A stretch of 50,397 nucleotides of DNA, counting the filler, from Jimgerdemannia flammicorona (lineage: Eukaryota): assembly GCA_003990765.1 (NCBI GenBank). It is 2 parts of 2 records of this genome, joined end to end, with 100 filler letters (N's around TTAATTAATTAA, not from the genome) between each part and the next. Parts side by side here need not be neighbours in the genome. Positions count along the whole stretch, not along the records: positions 1 to 25,151 come from RBNJ01000876.1; 1 more part is not named here. One strand, written 5' to 3'. This document shows positions 11,569 to 25,137 of the stretch, piece by piece (position 1 is the first letter of the stretch; the number at the start of each line of letters is the position of its first letter). Under the pieces are notes generated by a model. The model was not told the DNA's origin. It saw nothing but the letters and a program-made list of their open reading frames with translations, and ran no database searches. The translations under genes and the position numbers were made by a program.

Positions 11569-11983
11569 ATGACCACAGCTCTCAAAATCACTAGTGCTAC
11601 ACAATGACATAGAAAGACAATAGTATACTACCAAGCTACTCATAATAGAGAAATTCTTCAATAGTATCCAAAGTATAGTACAGATATATCTGTTATGAAT
11701 TTCATGCTTCAAGGCCTACCAGAATTAGACAGAGCTTCAAGAATACTTCAAGTTAAGATAGCTACTGAATTCATAGTCAGAAATGGAAAAAGAAGACTGG
11801 ATCAGAGAGTGCCAGCTCTCTCACTCTCAGATCATGATTGTCAAATAAGTTAATAAGCTATTCAAAGATAACAAGACAGCTCTAGCCCATTTCTGAGAAG
11901 TAGTTCTAGGAGATTTTGGACATATTAAGAGATATTATTCAGAGAATATAATGATACAAATTGCATAGTATAAGGAGATATAA
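11569..11983 (+). pseudogene. E1 ORF3: small accessory ORF between integrase and PPT
   Basis: From 11690 one frame reads ...ELQEYFKLR*LLNS*SEMEKEDWIRECQLSHSQIMIVK*VNKLFKDNKTALAHF*EVVLGDFGHI... The stops are all one transition from sense codons. One frameshift near 11688. Confidence 0.6.
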
Positions 11984-12051
11984 ATTGTAGAAGCTTGGGA
12001 GTTCAAGTGAATAGGATGTTTTAGAGACAAATTATCTATTCAGGAGGAAGT

Positions 12052-12462
12052 TATGATAGTTGATCCAAATTAGAGGGAAATTAGATATTTGATCATAGTA
12101 CCGGAACTCAATTCCCAATATAGTATAGTCTTACAAATAGCAGTCATTTCACAAATGTTAAACTCTTCACAAATGTCAAGAATTAACATTTATGAAAAGT
12201 AACTCATAACATAGTTATACATAACTTAGCCACCTTATAGCTAGAAAACTTATATAAATATCCCCAGTATCTAGAGTGAATAAACCTCAGATCAAAATAG
12301 TTCAAAGTAAAGAGAAAGTAAAGAACTAGTAAGCCTGTGGGCAGATACACTTCAAACTCATCCACTCCTGCATCCTGAGAACTCTGTGGAGTCAAAAAAG
12401 ATCAAGTTTTCAAGATACAGAAATCCAATGTACTTCCAAGATTAAGTATCTGCTATGTTACA
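12052..12462 (+). repeat. E1 3' LTR (about 411 bp), preceded by PPT caggaggaag (12041-12050)
   Basis: Same PPT as E2. Starts tatgatag (decayed TGTGACGG) and ends TGTTACA. TATAAA at 12253, AATAAA at 12279. Confidence 0.8.
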
Positions 12463-15400
12463 ATAGATATTATAGAAAATATCTAGTATATAGTGGACTT
12501 TATCAATTTTTTCCAGAATTTGATAGGGCTCAATTCTTCTAGCTCAGAGCTCTTTTAATAATTTTTATACTAGAGTATTTGGATATAAGTGATCTGTTTT
12601 GAGTATGATCTGATCTTTAATATTATAGAAGACTTCTCTCTACTTCTGGTTGGTATACTTAGTCTGGTAGTCTTGTACTTCTATATGAATATCTCAGATT
12701 ATTCATATAAGATCATAAATGATCTCAGCTAAGCTCTGTACTATAGAGACTATTGATTTTATAGTTGTACTAAGTATTCTTAGATATTGACTATAATTCA
12801 GAAAGAACAAGATCTTCTTTGTTAAGATCTATTGATTGTTGTTGTAGATAAATTTTACATAAGCTAGATACTTATCTCAGTTATTCTGTTTATAGTAATA
12901 AAGATACTGAGTATCTGTTTGAGAGTTCTGTTAGTATGCTTAGTCTGATCATTTATCTAAGAGTAATAAGCTGTAGAGAATGTCAGATTTATCCTATAGA
13001 GAAAAAAAATGTCTTTTAGAAATTACTAGTAAATTTAGTATCTTAGTTAGAGACAATAGTACTTGGTATATCATATAGTCTAAATATCTAGTTTAGAAAT
13101 ATTTTAGCTACCTTAAGAGCTATTACAGTAGTCTTAGTAGCTGTAAAGTAGATATACTTACTGAGATAGTTTACAAATATCACTATAGCATCTCATTTTG
13201 TCTGAGTCTTTAGTAGCTAGATAATAGAATCTATTACAATTTGGTTCTAGTTATAGGTAGAGATTGGTAGATGTTATAGAAGCCCAACTGATAGCTTGTT
13301 ATTACTTTTGAATTTTTAGTATATATTATATAATACTACAAAGGTCTTGATATCTTTAGTTATTTTTAGCTAGAAGAATTCTCTAGAGATAAGATTATAG
13401 GTCTTCTTGAATCCAAAGTAGTCTGCTGCAGGAGTATTATGGAGTTCTCATATATATAATATTGAGATAGAGTATATTATTCTTAGATACTACTACTCTT
13501 TTGTAGTTCTGGTAGATAAGTCTATTTTGGTAGATAAATTTCTTGATCATTCTTTTCATTAATTCAAATGTCTTAGTTTCAGAATCTTGATAGTACTAGA
13601 GGAAATATAATAGTGGGCTATCTTGCTGGTAGCTATTCTTAATTAGTTGGGTGAGAGTACTGATCTTGACTATAAAAATAATCTCATCTTCTATGTATAT
13701 ATCTTGAGAAATCATCAGTCACTTAATTGGTTTTATCTAAAATATAATAATGATTTCTATTTATTATACTTATTTATAGATTAGTATTAGCTGAGTATAG
13801 ATATACCTAAGTATATAGTAGTCTATATAGCCTACAAAAAACTATCTCAGTAGAAAGTTAGAGGATAGTTACTATTGTCAGAAGTTCCTTTTATGAGTAG
13901 TATAATATATTTCTACTAGCTTGAGCTTCTGAAATAGATAGACTACTGAATAGTTCTCTTTGACTGAGTATAGTTCTAATGATAATATCTAATACATCTG
14001 TAATCAATATGAAAGACCTGGTGAAGTCTGGTGCAATTAGTACAGAGATCTTAGTAAGCAGCCTCTTGGGATATTCTATAGCTACAGTATAGGCAGAGAT
14101 CTATTTAATCTTAATATTGACTCTTTTTCATATTAGACTAGTAAGTGAGATAGTAATTACAGAGTATCTCTAGATAAACTAGTAGTTGTAACTTATAATC
14201 TCTAGAAAGTATTGAAGAAGCTTGAGAGTAGTGATCCTATAGAGCTGATATCTTTTAGAGATCTATATTGATACTATTAGATGAAATTATATATCTCAGA
14301 TACTTGATCTGATTCTGGTAGAACTTATACTTACTTTTCTTGACATAGTACTAATATTCTCACAATAAGACCAGTATACTTCAAAGATGAGTATAATATA
14401 ACTCAACTATTTTACTATAGATTAGAATATTATTGATATAATCTAGAATATATATATTGAGTAATAGTCTAAAAATATTATTTATAAGATTCTAGAAGAT
14501 TGCTAGAGTATTAGTTAGATCAAAATATATAATCTAGAATTGGTAATATCTAAACTACATTCTAAAGACTATCTTTTTCACATCTTTCTCATCAATGAGA
14601 ATTAGTAATACCCATTTTGTAGATCTAACAGAAAGAATATCTTAGCCTTAAAAATCTGATAGAGTAGCTCATCAATATCTAAGAAGGTATATTAGTTCTT
14701 TATAGTGATCTTTTTGAGAACTTAGTAGTCAATGTATATTTACAATGAGTCATCCTTCTTCTTGATAAATAAGATAGATATACTAAAGAGTAATCTGCTT
14801 AGTTTTATATATTCTTAAGTTAGTAGTATAGTCAGTTCCTTCTTGAGAACTTTGAGCTTAAGTTAGGCTAATTGGTAGATATCTTTGTAAAATGGTTCAG
14901 CTTCTAAGATAAGGTCAATCCTATATTGAATTTGGTACTTTGGTAGAAGACTTATAGATTTCTGAAAAATGTCTCTGAATTTTTTGAATAGTTTTTAGAC
15001 TTTTGATAAAACTAAACTAGTAGGGGTTTTTACCACTTCTTCTATCATACAGATATAGTATATATTCTTCTTGTATAATAATATCTTCATTTGAATGATA
15101 GAGATAAGTTTGATTCTCTACTATTAGCTTTCTACTTACTATAGCATTAGGGTGATTTTCTCTCCTCATATACTAGATCTACTTCATTAGTCTTCTAATT
15201 AATATCAGGGTTATGCTTGGTTAGCTATATTATTCTGAAAATAATATCATAGCCTAGGAGATCTATAATACTAAAGTCTATCTTTTCATGATATTTACCA
15301 ATTTTGAGTAGTAGATTTTTTCAGATTCAGATCAATGGCTGAGTTTTACTATTACCAAAGATTACTTATTTCCTTTCAGCTACTGGTTTACTTTAGACTA

Positions 15401-16669
15401 CAATCTTCTTAGCAGTCTTAGTACTGATGAAATTTCCTATAGTACTACTATCTAGTAGAACTACTACTTTTTGCTTATTGACTTATTCTTTAAAATTAAT
15501 ACAACTGTCCTCTATTTTGATAGTATTGAGTATGAAATTATTGTCCCAATTACTTTCATCTTTCTCAAAGTCATTATCATCCTATTTTCTATAAGTAGTG
15601 TGGTCTGATTTGAGCTCTATTATTATCTTCTTAGCTTGATATCTTATAGTTTAGATCTTAAAAACTTCAGAGAAACATATATAATATTTACTAATATATT
15701 CTATATAGTACATTTAGATAGAATGAGAGTATTGTCCATATAGTGCAAAACTATCTATAATTTTCTAGCACCAGATTTTATTGCTATTCTCTTTTTTATA
15801 TTGATTCTTTGCTTGCTAAAAGTTTGATCAGTAGAGCTAAATCCTCTCTTGCCTCAGTTAGACTTATCTAGTTCAGAGATTTCTTTAATAGTGAGATCTT
15901 TATAGATCTCTTCAATAATAGCTTAGACAATTCTTTGACCTACTTTTATATTAAAGAATATATTATCAAAGTTTGTAAAATAATATAAATCTCTCCTATA
16001 AAGTCTTAATTAATAACTTTTCTCCTTAGGCCAATGTTAAACTCCTTGACCAGACTACTTTGTTCAGCTAGGTAAATGTAGGTTTCTTTAGAAGCTTATA
16101 TTCTAATATCTGTCTATACTATTATATTTAAGTCTGGTAAAATAGTAAGATCTAGGCTACTATAGAGATTATAGTTTGCATTAGTTAGATATATCTTAGT
16201 AGCTTTATCAAATATTCTTTATATATATCTTAATGATGTTTTCAAGACTTCTCTTATCTGGTCCTTCTCTAATTACAGTAATACTATATTATCTTGAGTT
16301 ACTAGAAGAGTATTTATTCTTCTTTTCTAGATAGTCATAGAATATATATCTTTTCTTCTTATATGTAGATAAAGTATAGGTTCTTTTCTCAAAGCTATTG
16401 TAACAAACCAAAACATACCATCTGAATTATACCTTAGCCAGATTATATGAATATATAGCATAGTAACCAGTAATCATTGCTATGGAAAACTATATAAATA
16501 GCCAGATATACTAGAACAGATCTGTTTACCTATATAGACTCTATACCCCATACAGACTCTGTATACTATACAGGTCCTGTACACTGTACAGACTCTGTAT
16601 ACCTGCCATAAGTAGCAAACCTATAGTTAGCCACATAGCAACCAGATAGCAACCAACTTGTATAAATTA

Positions 16670-16671
<2 letters not shown>
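12463..16671 (-). mobile_element. E3: heavily decayed Ty3/gypsy of a different (Tf/chromovirus-like) lineage; partial 5' LTR at about 16399-16671
   Basis: Minus strand: VVLLDSSTIGNFIS (PR, about 15450), ILFIKKKDDSL*IYIDY*VLKKITIKN (RT, about 14740), ELHNTPAADYFGFKKTY (IN, about 13420), EPYQILEKI (GPY, about 12520). TGTAACA at 16399 and ~18-bp repeats at 16530-16605. Confidence 0.85.
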
Positions 16672-16709
<38 letters not shown>

Positions 16710-16715
16710 CTTTTG

Positions 16716-16747
<32 letters not shown>

Positions 16748-16849
16748 GTCCCTTAGACTGCTCTTTATTATCAATATCTATAATTCTAACAATACAACAT
16801 CACCCCACCCTCAACCAATGCCCTATGGACCCAATCCTCTGCAGTTCTC

Positions 16850-19800
16850 CCCACCCAGCCCCCAACCTCACCACCAGCTATTCAAAATGTCCAATGGCAA
16901 CCATTCCCAATGTGCTACCTTGTCCCCAACCCCAACCCACTGCCCCTCCTCAAAGACATGAACCCAATGCCCAGCCAACCTAACCCACATAGCCAAAGTC
17001 CAACCAAGTATCAGCCATTCATCCCTAACTCCACCCACTAGTCACCAGCGGAGCTCTCCCCATCTCCCCCCTCTCTCTCCCTCCAAGGCACCCAGCCCTA
17101 CCTGGTCCATAATATATCTCCAAAATTCCTCCAAAACTTCACACTCACTAAGCCAATGTTCAGGTATTTGTACCACCCCTCCCTCCTGACCAATGCCGAA
17201 ACACTCCTCACACTCAAATACCCCACCAGCCACCAAGTGCCCAGACCAATAGTTCAACATCACATTCCACTGTAGGACATACCACCACACCACCCAGAAC
17301 TTGGGGGGCAGCCACTGTCTCACCCTTTTGCTCCAAAGCCAGAGTCTATTTCAATCCCACTCCTCACCAATTCCAACCCTCTGCCAGGCTTCGGGCCACA
17401 GGTCTCCACCTAGGCCTCGCAGATACTCCAGATTCTCGCCAAGTTGAAAGTTCTCCACTGGAACACCACCCAGTAGAAGTCTGTCCCACCACCACATCCG
17501 TGGTCCCCAATCCTCCTTGGCTTCATCACCTTGCCATCAAAGTCTAATTTTCTTTGCACCATCCACCACCCTCCACCAGAAGCCCATAAACTGCATCCTC
17601 CTGCTCCCATCCATGGCCACCATCGCGAGCAGGTCACCCAAGTCACTATGTGGGGAGTACTGAACCTCCCACAACCTCTGCATGAGTGGCACCCACTCCT
17701 GACCCCTAAGCTCACTTGCCCTCTGCAACCACCAAGCTCTCAAACATAGAAGCTGCTTAGTAAAGTCCACTAAGCCCAGCCCACCTCTTTCCAAGGGCAG
17801 TGTGAGTACCTCCCAACCCACTTGGCTTTGCCACCCTCCCCAGATCCATGTTCTCACTATCTTCAACAACCCCTTGACCACCCAGGTTGGGAAATCCAAA
17901 TAATATCCCACATACCACAGCTTTGGCATCCAATACACATTCAGCACCATTACCCTGCCAGCTAGGGACATATGCCAACCTCCCCATTACAGCAGAACAC
18001 TTCCCCACTCCAGAAGTTTTCAATCCCACCATGCCTGGGGAAGAAGGGATCTGAACACCAAGAAGTAGATCTCTAAATAACACACTGGCTCACCAGCTGG
18101 TACTACTATCCCAATGACATCACCACCTACAATTCCAGCACCCAGCACCAGAGTCTCGCATTTGTGCCAGTTTAGTTTAGCACCAAAACCCTCTCATACC
18201 ATTCCACAGACTGCTGTAACTCCCCCACATCTACCAAGGAGCCCAGCCCGACCACTATATCATCAGCAAAGGCCCCCACCTTCCAATTAATCTCTAAAAT
18301 GTCCAAACCCCCAATCTGATGCTAAATTCTATCCAGTAGGGGCTCCAGAGAAAGGGTATACAATATGGGCAACAAGGGGTCCCCCTGCGGTACCCCATGT
18401 CCCAGAGGAAAGGTCACCCCCCTGTGGCCATTAATGACCAATGCCATCTGACTGTCCTCCAAGAGGCTGATCAATGATCCTCGGAACCCTGGGGGGATAC
18501 CAATCCGTTTCAGCACTCCCTCTAGCCAAATCCTCCACACTCTATCATAAGTCTTCTCTTGGTCCAGAAACACCAATCTGCCATTCACCTCTGTTGCCCA
18601 GGCACCTTCAATCACTCCATGTACCCAAGCTGTCCCATCTTGAATCAACCGGCCACCAACAAACCCATGCTGCTCCACACCAAGTACCTGCTGAATGATT
18701 CCTTGTAGCCTCATCACCAGGATCTTCGTCACCAGTTTGTGGTCTATATCAAGAAGTATGATTGGCTGCCAGTTCTTCCAGTTCTCTTGCCTCCCCTTAT
18801 TCTTGTAGAGCAAGGAGACTAGCCCTAAACACTGTCCCCTGATCTAAGCACCAGATCGAAGAACTCCATCACACATAGCAGTCATTTCCTCTAGCACCTC
18901 ACTCACCCCAGTCATCTTCTGCCAAAAATCCCAGGGAAGTCTATCCTCTCTCAGAGCCATCCCCTTATTCATCAAGGCCACAACCTTGCAAATTTCCTTG
19001 CCATGCACCAGGTCCCCCAATGCCCCAAGTCCCATTGCAGGGTTTAGGTACCAATCTCCCAGCTGCCTTTCAACATCCAGAGCATCCATTCCTCCTTCCT
19101 CCTTACTCCATAGATTCTCCCAACTGGTTCTCAATAGGCCCAGAATTTCTGGAGTCCCCACCACCAGCTCGCCATTCATGTCCAGAACTCCCTCCCACTG
19201 CTGCTTCATTCGTCACACTTGTAACAACCATGACAAAAACCTAGTAGGCCTCTCCCCCTCCTCAAGCCCCTGCCACCGCAGTTGGGCCACCATTCCCTGC
19301 AGCTTCACCTCCTCCTCCCTTTGTAACACTCCTTTAAGCTCCTCTACCTCCTGTCAGATTCTCACAATATGCCAATCAGTCACATCCCCATCTTCCAGCA
19401 CATCTGCCCATTGCTCCATGAGTGCTGCCAGATGCCTCGAGGCCCACAGCACCCTCTGCCTTTGCTGGGCACCCTTTCCTTTCCCAGCTTCCCTCCAATA
19501 CCCCTGAGCATTTGCCTTCAGTCTTCTCCAGCAGTCCCCAATCCCAAGGCCTTGTTCCTGCCACCTACTGATATTTCCAACCACCTCCTTTTCCCAATCC
19601 TCCCACAATACCCTATCCTCTAACAAGAAAGAATTTAGCTGCCAATGTCCAGGCCCATCCTCATTTCCCCCAAACCTCCCCCCTCCAAGCAGCCCCCAGT
19701 GATCTGACCACAGACACCAAACTACCTCCAGCCTCAACCAGACATCTGCTCCCCAACACTCCGCTGTCAAAACCCAGTCAATCCTGGAGCCCAGCCCTGC

Positions 19801-20409
19801 CACCCAGTGGATGTATACCTGCCGATTGGCCCAAAAAAGCCTTCCTGAGTCCACTAAAGAACTCAACCTCTCTGTCTCCAACCAGTCACCCAACCCACCA
19901 CTTTTGCCCCATATATCTCTCTCTCCATCTGTTCTATCTATCTCCTTATCCCATATCATGTTGAAGTCACCCCCCATACAGTCCAGCCCAACTTCTCCCA
20001 ATACTCCAGCCTCCTTCAATCTGCGAATCCAATCCATCCTCTCCCCTCTCTCAGCTGGGCAGTAACAAGACCCAACCATCAATGAGCCCCATCTAGGCCT
20101 CTTCTACATTCTCCACACCACCCAAGATCCCCAATGTCCAATGTCCTCAATGTCCCCCATCTCTTTCCAAACAAGAATACACACTTTCTCCCTCCATATT
20201 ACTGCACTCTCCCATTCCTTAGTCCAATCCTGTAAGTCCACATCTGCCTCATAGTGAACATCCTGTAACAAGAAGAGGTCCACATCCAGTCCCTTAAGCC
20301 ATCCAAATATATACTTCCTCCTAGCCACCCCCTGTAACCCATTAACATTCAATGAGAATATCCTAGTTATATTGTTCATATTGAAAGAATGTTGCAATAG
20401 AGACCCCAT
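16850..20409 (-). pseudogene. LINE A ORF2: AP endonuclease + reverse transcriptase + C-terminal Cys finger
   Basis: SLNVNGL, LLQDVH, GGDFN, SRIDW, WSDH, WQLNSFLL, NWQPIILL, DQEKTYDRV, GVPQGDPL, AFADD (about 18260-18275), SLAGRVMVLN, LPLERGGLGL, CEEC. Several stops and frameshifts. Confidence 0.93.
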
Positions 20410-20410
20410 C

Positions 20411-22330
20411 CTAGAATTCCATGCTCATCTCATCCCCAGCCAGATCCAAGTGCCTTTCAGCTTCCAAGTCACCCTCTGCATTAGCCTGAGCATCTAGTGC
20501 CTTTAAGATTTCCTGACATTCTACCCCATCCACTACCTCCATCTCCGACTGATAGTCTAAGCAGACCATGCACCACTTCTCCAGTCCCTTTCTTGAGTTC
20601 CACAAGAATCGTGCCCTATCACTCACAATCCTCCTAAGTTCCTCCTCTCTCTGATCATTAACTTGATATTCAACCAACTCCAGGAGGACAGCCAGGATCT
20701 CGTTCCTAATCTTTCTCAGCACCTCCTCCCCCTGTAGGATCTCCTCCCAATGCCTCTCTTCCATCACCCTGAAATCCTCACCCTCCAGCTCTTCTGCCAC
20801 TACCCCTTCTAGAGTCTTCCACATTCACTTCTCCTCATCCACCACCTCTGCCACACTCTGAGTGATTTGTCCCCCATCTACCTCAGGGTCCACCAATGCA
20901 CTCCTCCTTACTGACTCATCCCACTCCTCATCTGGCACATCCAGCAGCTCCTCCTCTCCCTCAGCTCCACCTGGGACACTATACTGGGGGCACACACCTT
21001 CGCTTATATCCACATCTGCCTCTATATTGCCTTCCCTCTCCACCTCTACTCCCAGCTGAGTCCCGCTCTGAGCCCTTTCACCCCTCTCAGCCCAGGCACT
21101 CTCCTGCAATCCTGCACCCCTCTCCCCTGAGCCTCCACTAGCCCTACCCCCACCCAATCTTGCCAGTAGCTCCTTCTGGATTTTCCTCCCCTATAACTTC
21201 TCCCAGGCCCCCTTCTCCATCCAGACCCTCTTCCCATCCACCTTCCACACTACTATCCAGGCCTCAAACTCCTTCCATGCCAATCTCCTCCTTGCAACTG
21301 CCCCTTCCAGATCCTCCAGAGCCTCCAACAGGTCTTCCTCCTCCTCCTGGGTCCCCTTCACCCTCATGACCTTGCACTCCACCAGTCCCCACCTCAGCAT
21401 TGCCAACCAGTCCCTCAACTTCCCCGTACTCTCCCTCTCAGCCAGCCTCACCTTGACATTGATGTCACTAGTCTGAAGCTCCATACCCTCCCAGACCTTG
21501 AACCCAATATCTACAATCTCTCCATACTCCCTGATCACCTCTGCAACCAACTCCCTGGTCCTCTCCTTCGATACCATAGGAAGATCCAATACCATCAACT
21601 GCACCACTTGGGGGTCCCAGCACATGCACCTGGCCATAGGGACCACAACCCCACCAACTGTCACCCCCTTCTCCAAGGCTGCCAGCAAGGCATCTTCCTC
21701 CTTGAACCCCACCTTGACCCCTTCCTTCCTTTTCAAAAACTTCACCGATGCTGCTCCCTTTGCCTCCTGCGCCACCAGCCCCAAAATCATCCTTGTCGTC
21801 ACCGCTAAGCCCCAGAAATACATTGTGACTGCGAATTCCGACCTCAACTTCTTAAGTAACAGGGCTGACACCATGCCCATCACCCCATCTGCCAGGTCCC
21901 CAGACCTCGTGCCCACTCCCTGTCCTGAATTATCAACCGCCATCACATCTGGATTTTTTGCCAGATCCCTAGTCACAGCCCCATCACCAGTCACATCTCC
22001 AGCCCCTACTCCTGCTCCTTCCCTACCATCAGAAACTCCCCTGGGTACACCTCTCTGTCCCCCAGCAGCAGCTGTTGATGCCTTCCCCAGGCCCAGCCAA
22101 TCATCTAGACCTGAGGCCATCTTCCCCATTCTGACCTTGTCAGCAAAGATCAACCTATCCCCTCCTCTCTGCCTCAGACTGCCCCTCTCTCCACCACCAG
22201 GACCTCAGCTAGCCATTGAGGCCCCTGGCATCCCCAAACTATCTCCCCTCCTCCCCACCTGCTGCCAGCCAAAGGCACCATCACCCCCCTGGCCAGTACA
22301 CTCACTAGTTCATTCATTGCCATCCATATC
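20411..22330 (-). pseudogene. LINE A ORF1 (putative RRM-like core, acidic C-terminus)
   Basis: ORF fragments 21191-22153, 20825-21157 and 20411-20824 lie directly 5' of ORF2. The ORF1 stop is 1 nt before the ORF2 ATG. Confidence 0.75.
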
Positions 22331-22410
22331 AATAGTTGTCAAACACTAAAAACATAGTAAAAGTGTTATCTGAGTCTTGTGTCATCCAAATGTTACTAGT
22401 GAAAGATAAA

Positions 22411-25137
22411 TAGTTTCCAGACCACCTCCCCCATCTTCAGCCCAGTGAGCCTTCCTCTCAGCCATACCAACAAAGGCTCCAAGAATAGGATGTAGAGTAG
22501 GGGTGAGAGAGGATCCCCCTGTGGCATGCCTCTCCCCAAGACAAACTCTGGGCCACTCCACCCATTCATTAGTACCACAGTCTGACAGTCTCACACCAGA
22601 CCCATCAGTTTTCAAGCCTCCAACACACCAAATCCTGTCTTCTGCAGAACTGCCTCCAGATAGTCCCACCTTACTCTATCATATGCCTTTTTCTGATCCA
22701 AGAACACCATTCTCCCATCTACTTGTCAGCTTTGACAGCCCTCCAAGATGTTTTGCACCCAGGCTGTGCTGTCTTGGATCTGTCTCCCTTTTACAAATCC
22801 TCACTGTTCTTCACCCACCAATTGGCCAATCCAACATTGCATCCTCCCAGCCAGGATCTTGGATACCAACTTCCTGTCCACATTCAGTAGCATAATGGGC
22901 CGCCAGTTCCACTACATATGGTGATCCCCTTTCTCCTTATAGAGCAGAGAGACTAATCCTAAGGAGCCATTGCTGATCCAGCAGCCTTCACCTAACACAA
23001 AGTTTGCCATTTCAACAAGCCATCCCCCAAACTTGACTTGGAATTTCTTCCAGAACTCCCAAGGCAGCCCATCCTCTCCTGGTGATGAACCAGCCTGCAC
23101 TTTCCACAGAACCTCCAAAACCTCTTCAAGGGCCACCATATCCATTACCACCCCACCTATCTCAGGCACTGCCACCACTGGCCAGCTGCTAACAAGATTG
23201 TCATTATTCTCTAGTGGAGACACTCTCTCTACCAGACCTCCTCCATCTTGCCATAGAGCATGCCATTGCCCCGAGATCTCTCCAAACATATCAGTAATAC
23301 CAGTAACCTCAACATCATCCTCCCACAACACTGAAGCCCAGCTGTGCCACACTCTTGTGGCCTTCAAGATTCCAGACAAATACCTAGTGGGTCGCTCTCC
23401 TTCCTCCAACTGCCTTGCCTGTAACCTCACCAGTAGCCCATCTACCACCCTATCTTCTGCTGCCTTCAAATCATGCTGCAATTCAGCCACCTCCTTAGCC
23501 AACTGGGAGCATCTCTCTCCAGATAAATTCTCTCCCTCCAGGGATTTCAGCCACCAATATAGCCCCTGTTCAACTCTCCTTTCTCTATCCTTCTGCTCCC
23601 TTCCAGCTACCCCCCCCACATCCTGCCAGTAAGCATGTGCCAAATTCTTGAATTTCCCCCACCACTGTGCTATTGACTGTCTACTGTCTTTCCACCACAC
23701 CACTTTCTGCCTTGCAATTTCTACAAATTGGTCCCTTTCTACCTGCCTTTTGAGTAGTGCCACATTGAGTCGCCATCTACCCCCACCTCTACTGAACATC
23801 TGGAATCTCCTGCACACCTCAACTCTCCAGTGATCTGACCAAGAACACCACTGTACTCCTGTTGAATCCAATATATTGCCTCAGCATTCTACCACTAGAA
23901 TCCAATCAATCCTTGTTCCAACCAAGTCCTCACCAACTAGGTGCCACCTATTAAATGGCCCTGGCCTTTCTCCTTGATGCTGTTGAACCCCATCAACCAA
24001 TCCCATATCTCTCTCTATCTGGAGCCACCATGAGAGCCCAGTAGATACAGCCACACCAACTTCACCATTAGATCTATCTAATGTTCTATCACATACCATG
24101 TTAAAGTCCCCCCCCAGAATGTCCAACCCCACCTCATCCCAGTCTCTCCAAGCCAGCCAGCCTTTTACCCATTGATTCTGCTCTCTGCCAACCACTGGTA
24201 GATAAGTGGAGCCAACCACTAGTCCATCTCCAGCTCCATCTTTCAACCTCCCCCAGACCAATTGATCACCATATACTGTAACTTCCATCAGCTCACCTCT
24301 CCCCAAGCCAACCAAAATGCCCACCTGCTCATTCCAACCTGTACTTCCATACCATTCCCTACTCCAATCCTCATAATCTTGCTCCCCATATACCTGAATG
24401 TCCTGTAGCAATACAACATCATATCTCCTGACCTTTAGCCAATAAAATAGATGCCTTCTCTTCACTCCATTACACAAACCATTAACATTTAATAATAAGA
24501 TATGTAGACTGTTCATCATCATAAATAAAAATGTTTAAAGCTCCACTGGAATCACCACCACCTTCTCTGCCTGACTACAGATTATCACCTTCTATTTCTC
24601 ACAAATTGCCCTCCAGATACTGGCTCCATTTACTCCACTGTAGAATATATTCACTTGCTCAGATACCACCTTCCTGATGTCAGCCATATGGTCCTCATCT
24701 ACCTCATATCCTTCATCATCCAGAAGTGCCACTACCATTGCTGTCACCAACTTCAGTCTCTGTAATGCTATATTGAGGAACCCTTCCCAGACCTCTTGAG
24801 ACTCATTAAATACATCCACTTCCTTGATATCCTCCTCTGCCAGTTCCTCAAGCACTGCCTGATACAAGTCATCAGCCGTCATCACCAAGGGCCCAGGAGT
24901 GGCAGGCCTTGGGGTCCTGCTCAGCTTCTGTAACATCTCTCTGTCTGCCAATATATTAGAGGCCACATCCACCAGGTCATCCTCCTCCATACTCTTCTCT
25001 AGCCTCACCACTTCGCTGGTCTCTGGACACTCCCAATGAATATTTGCAGCTCCTGCCATCTGAATATCCTCCAACTGAGTCTCAGGCACCACCTTGACAA
25101 CCTCCTCGAAACCCCCTACATTTGTCTCCTCCTTATC
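22411..25137 (-). mobile_element. LINE B: related L1/Tx1-like element (ORF1 C-terminus, APE, RT N-half), truncated at both ends
   Basis: LLNVNGL, LLQDIQ, GGDFN, TRIDW, WSDH, EEGERPTRY, SSPGEDGLPWEFW, GMPQGDPLSPLLY. It breaks just before FADD at about 22411. Confidence 0.9.

Larger units (their letters stand above)
450..12462 (+). mobile_element. E1: decayed Ty3/gypsy LTR retrotransposon (gag-PR-Cys/His module-dUTPase-RT-RNaseH / IN / ORF3 / 3' LTR), interrupted by a hAT; 5' LTR absent, with a LINE in its place
   Basis: Domain order PR-RT-RH-IN, YIDD at 3736-3747, GPY motif at about 11440, a PPT and a 3' LTR. Colinear with E2. Confidence 0.92.
16672..22410 (-). mobile_element. LINE A: full-length L1/Tx1-like non-LTR retrotransposon with poly(A) tail (poly-T 16672-16744)
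   Basis: 5' UTR, ORF1, ORF2 (APE-RT-Cys finger), 3' UTR and tail are all present in order. Confidence 0.93.

Noticed and set aside
11569..11983. ORF3 as a retroviral-like env
   Set aside because: It is too short (about 135 codons), with no signal peptide, transmembrane helix or evident cleavage site.
21498..23632. Long plus-strand Pro/Ser/Thr-rich ORFs (21498-22349, 22970-23632; also 95-406 and 18986-19507)
   Set aside because: They are antisense shadows of G-rich LINE ORFs.
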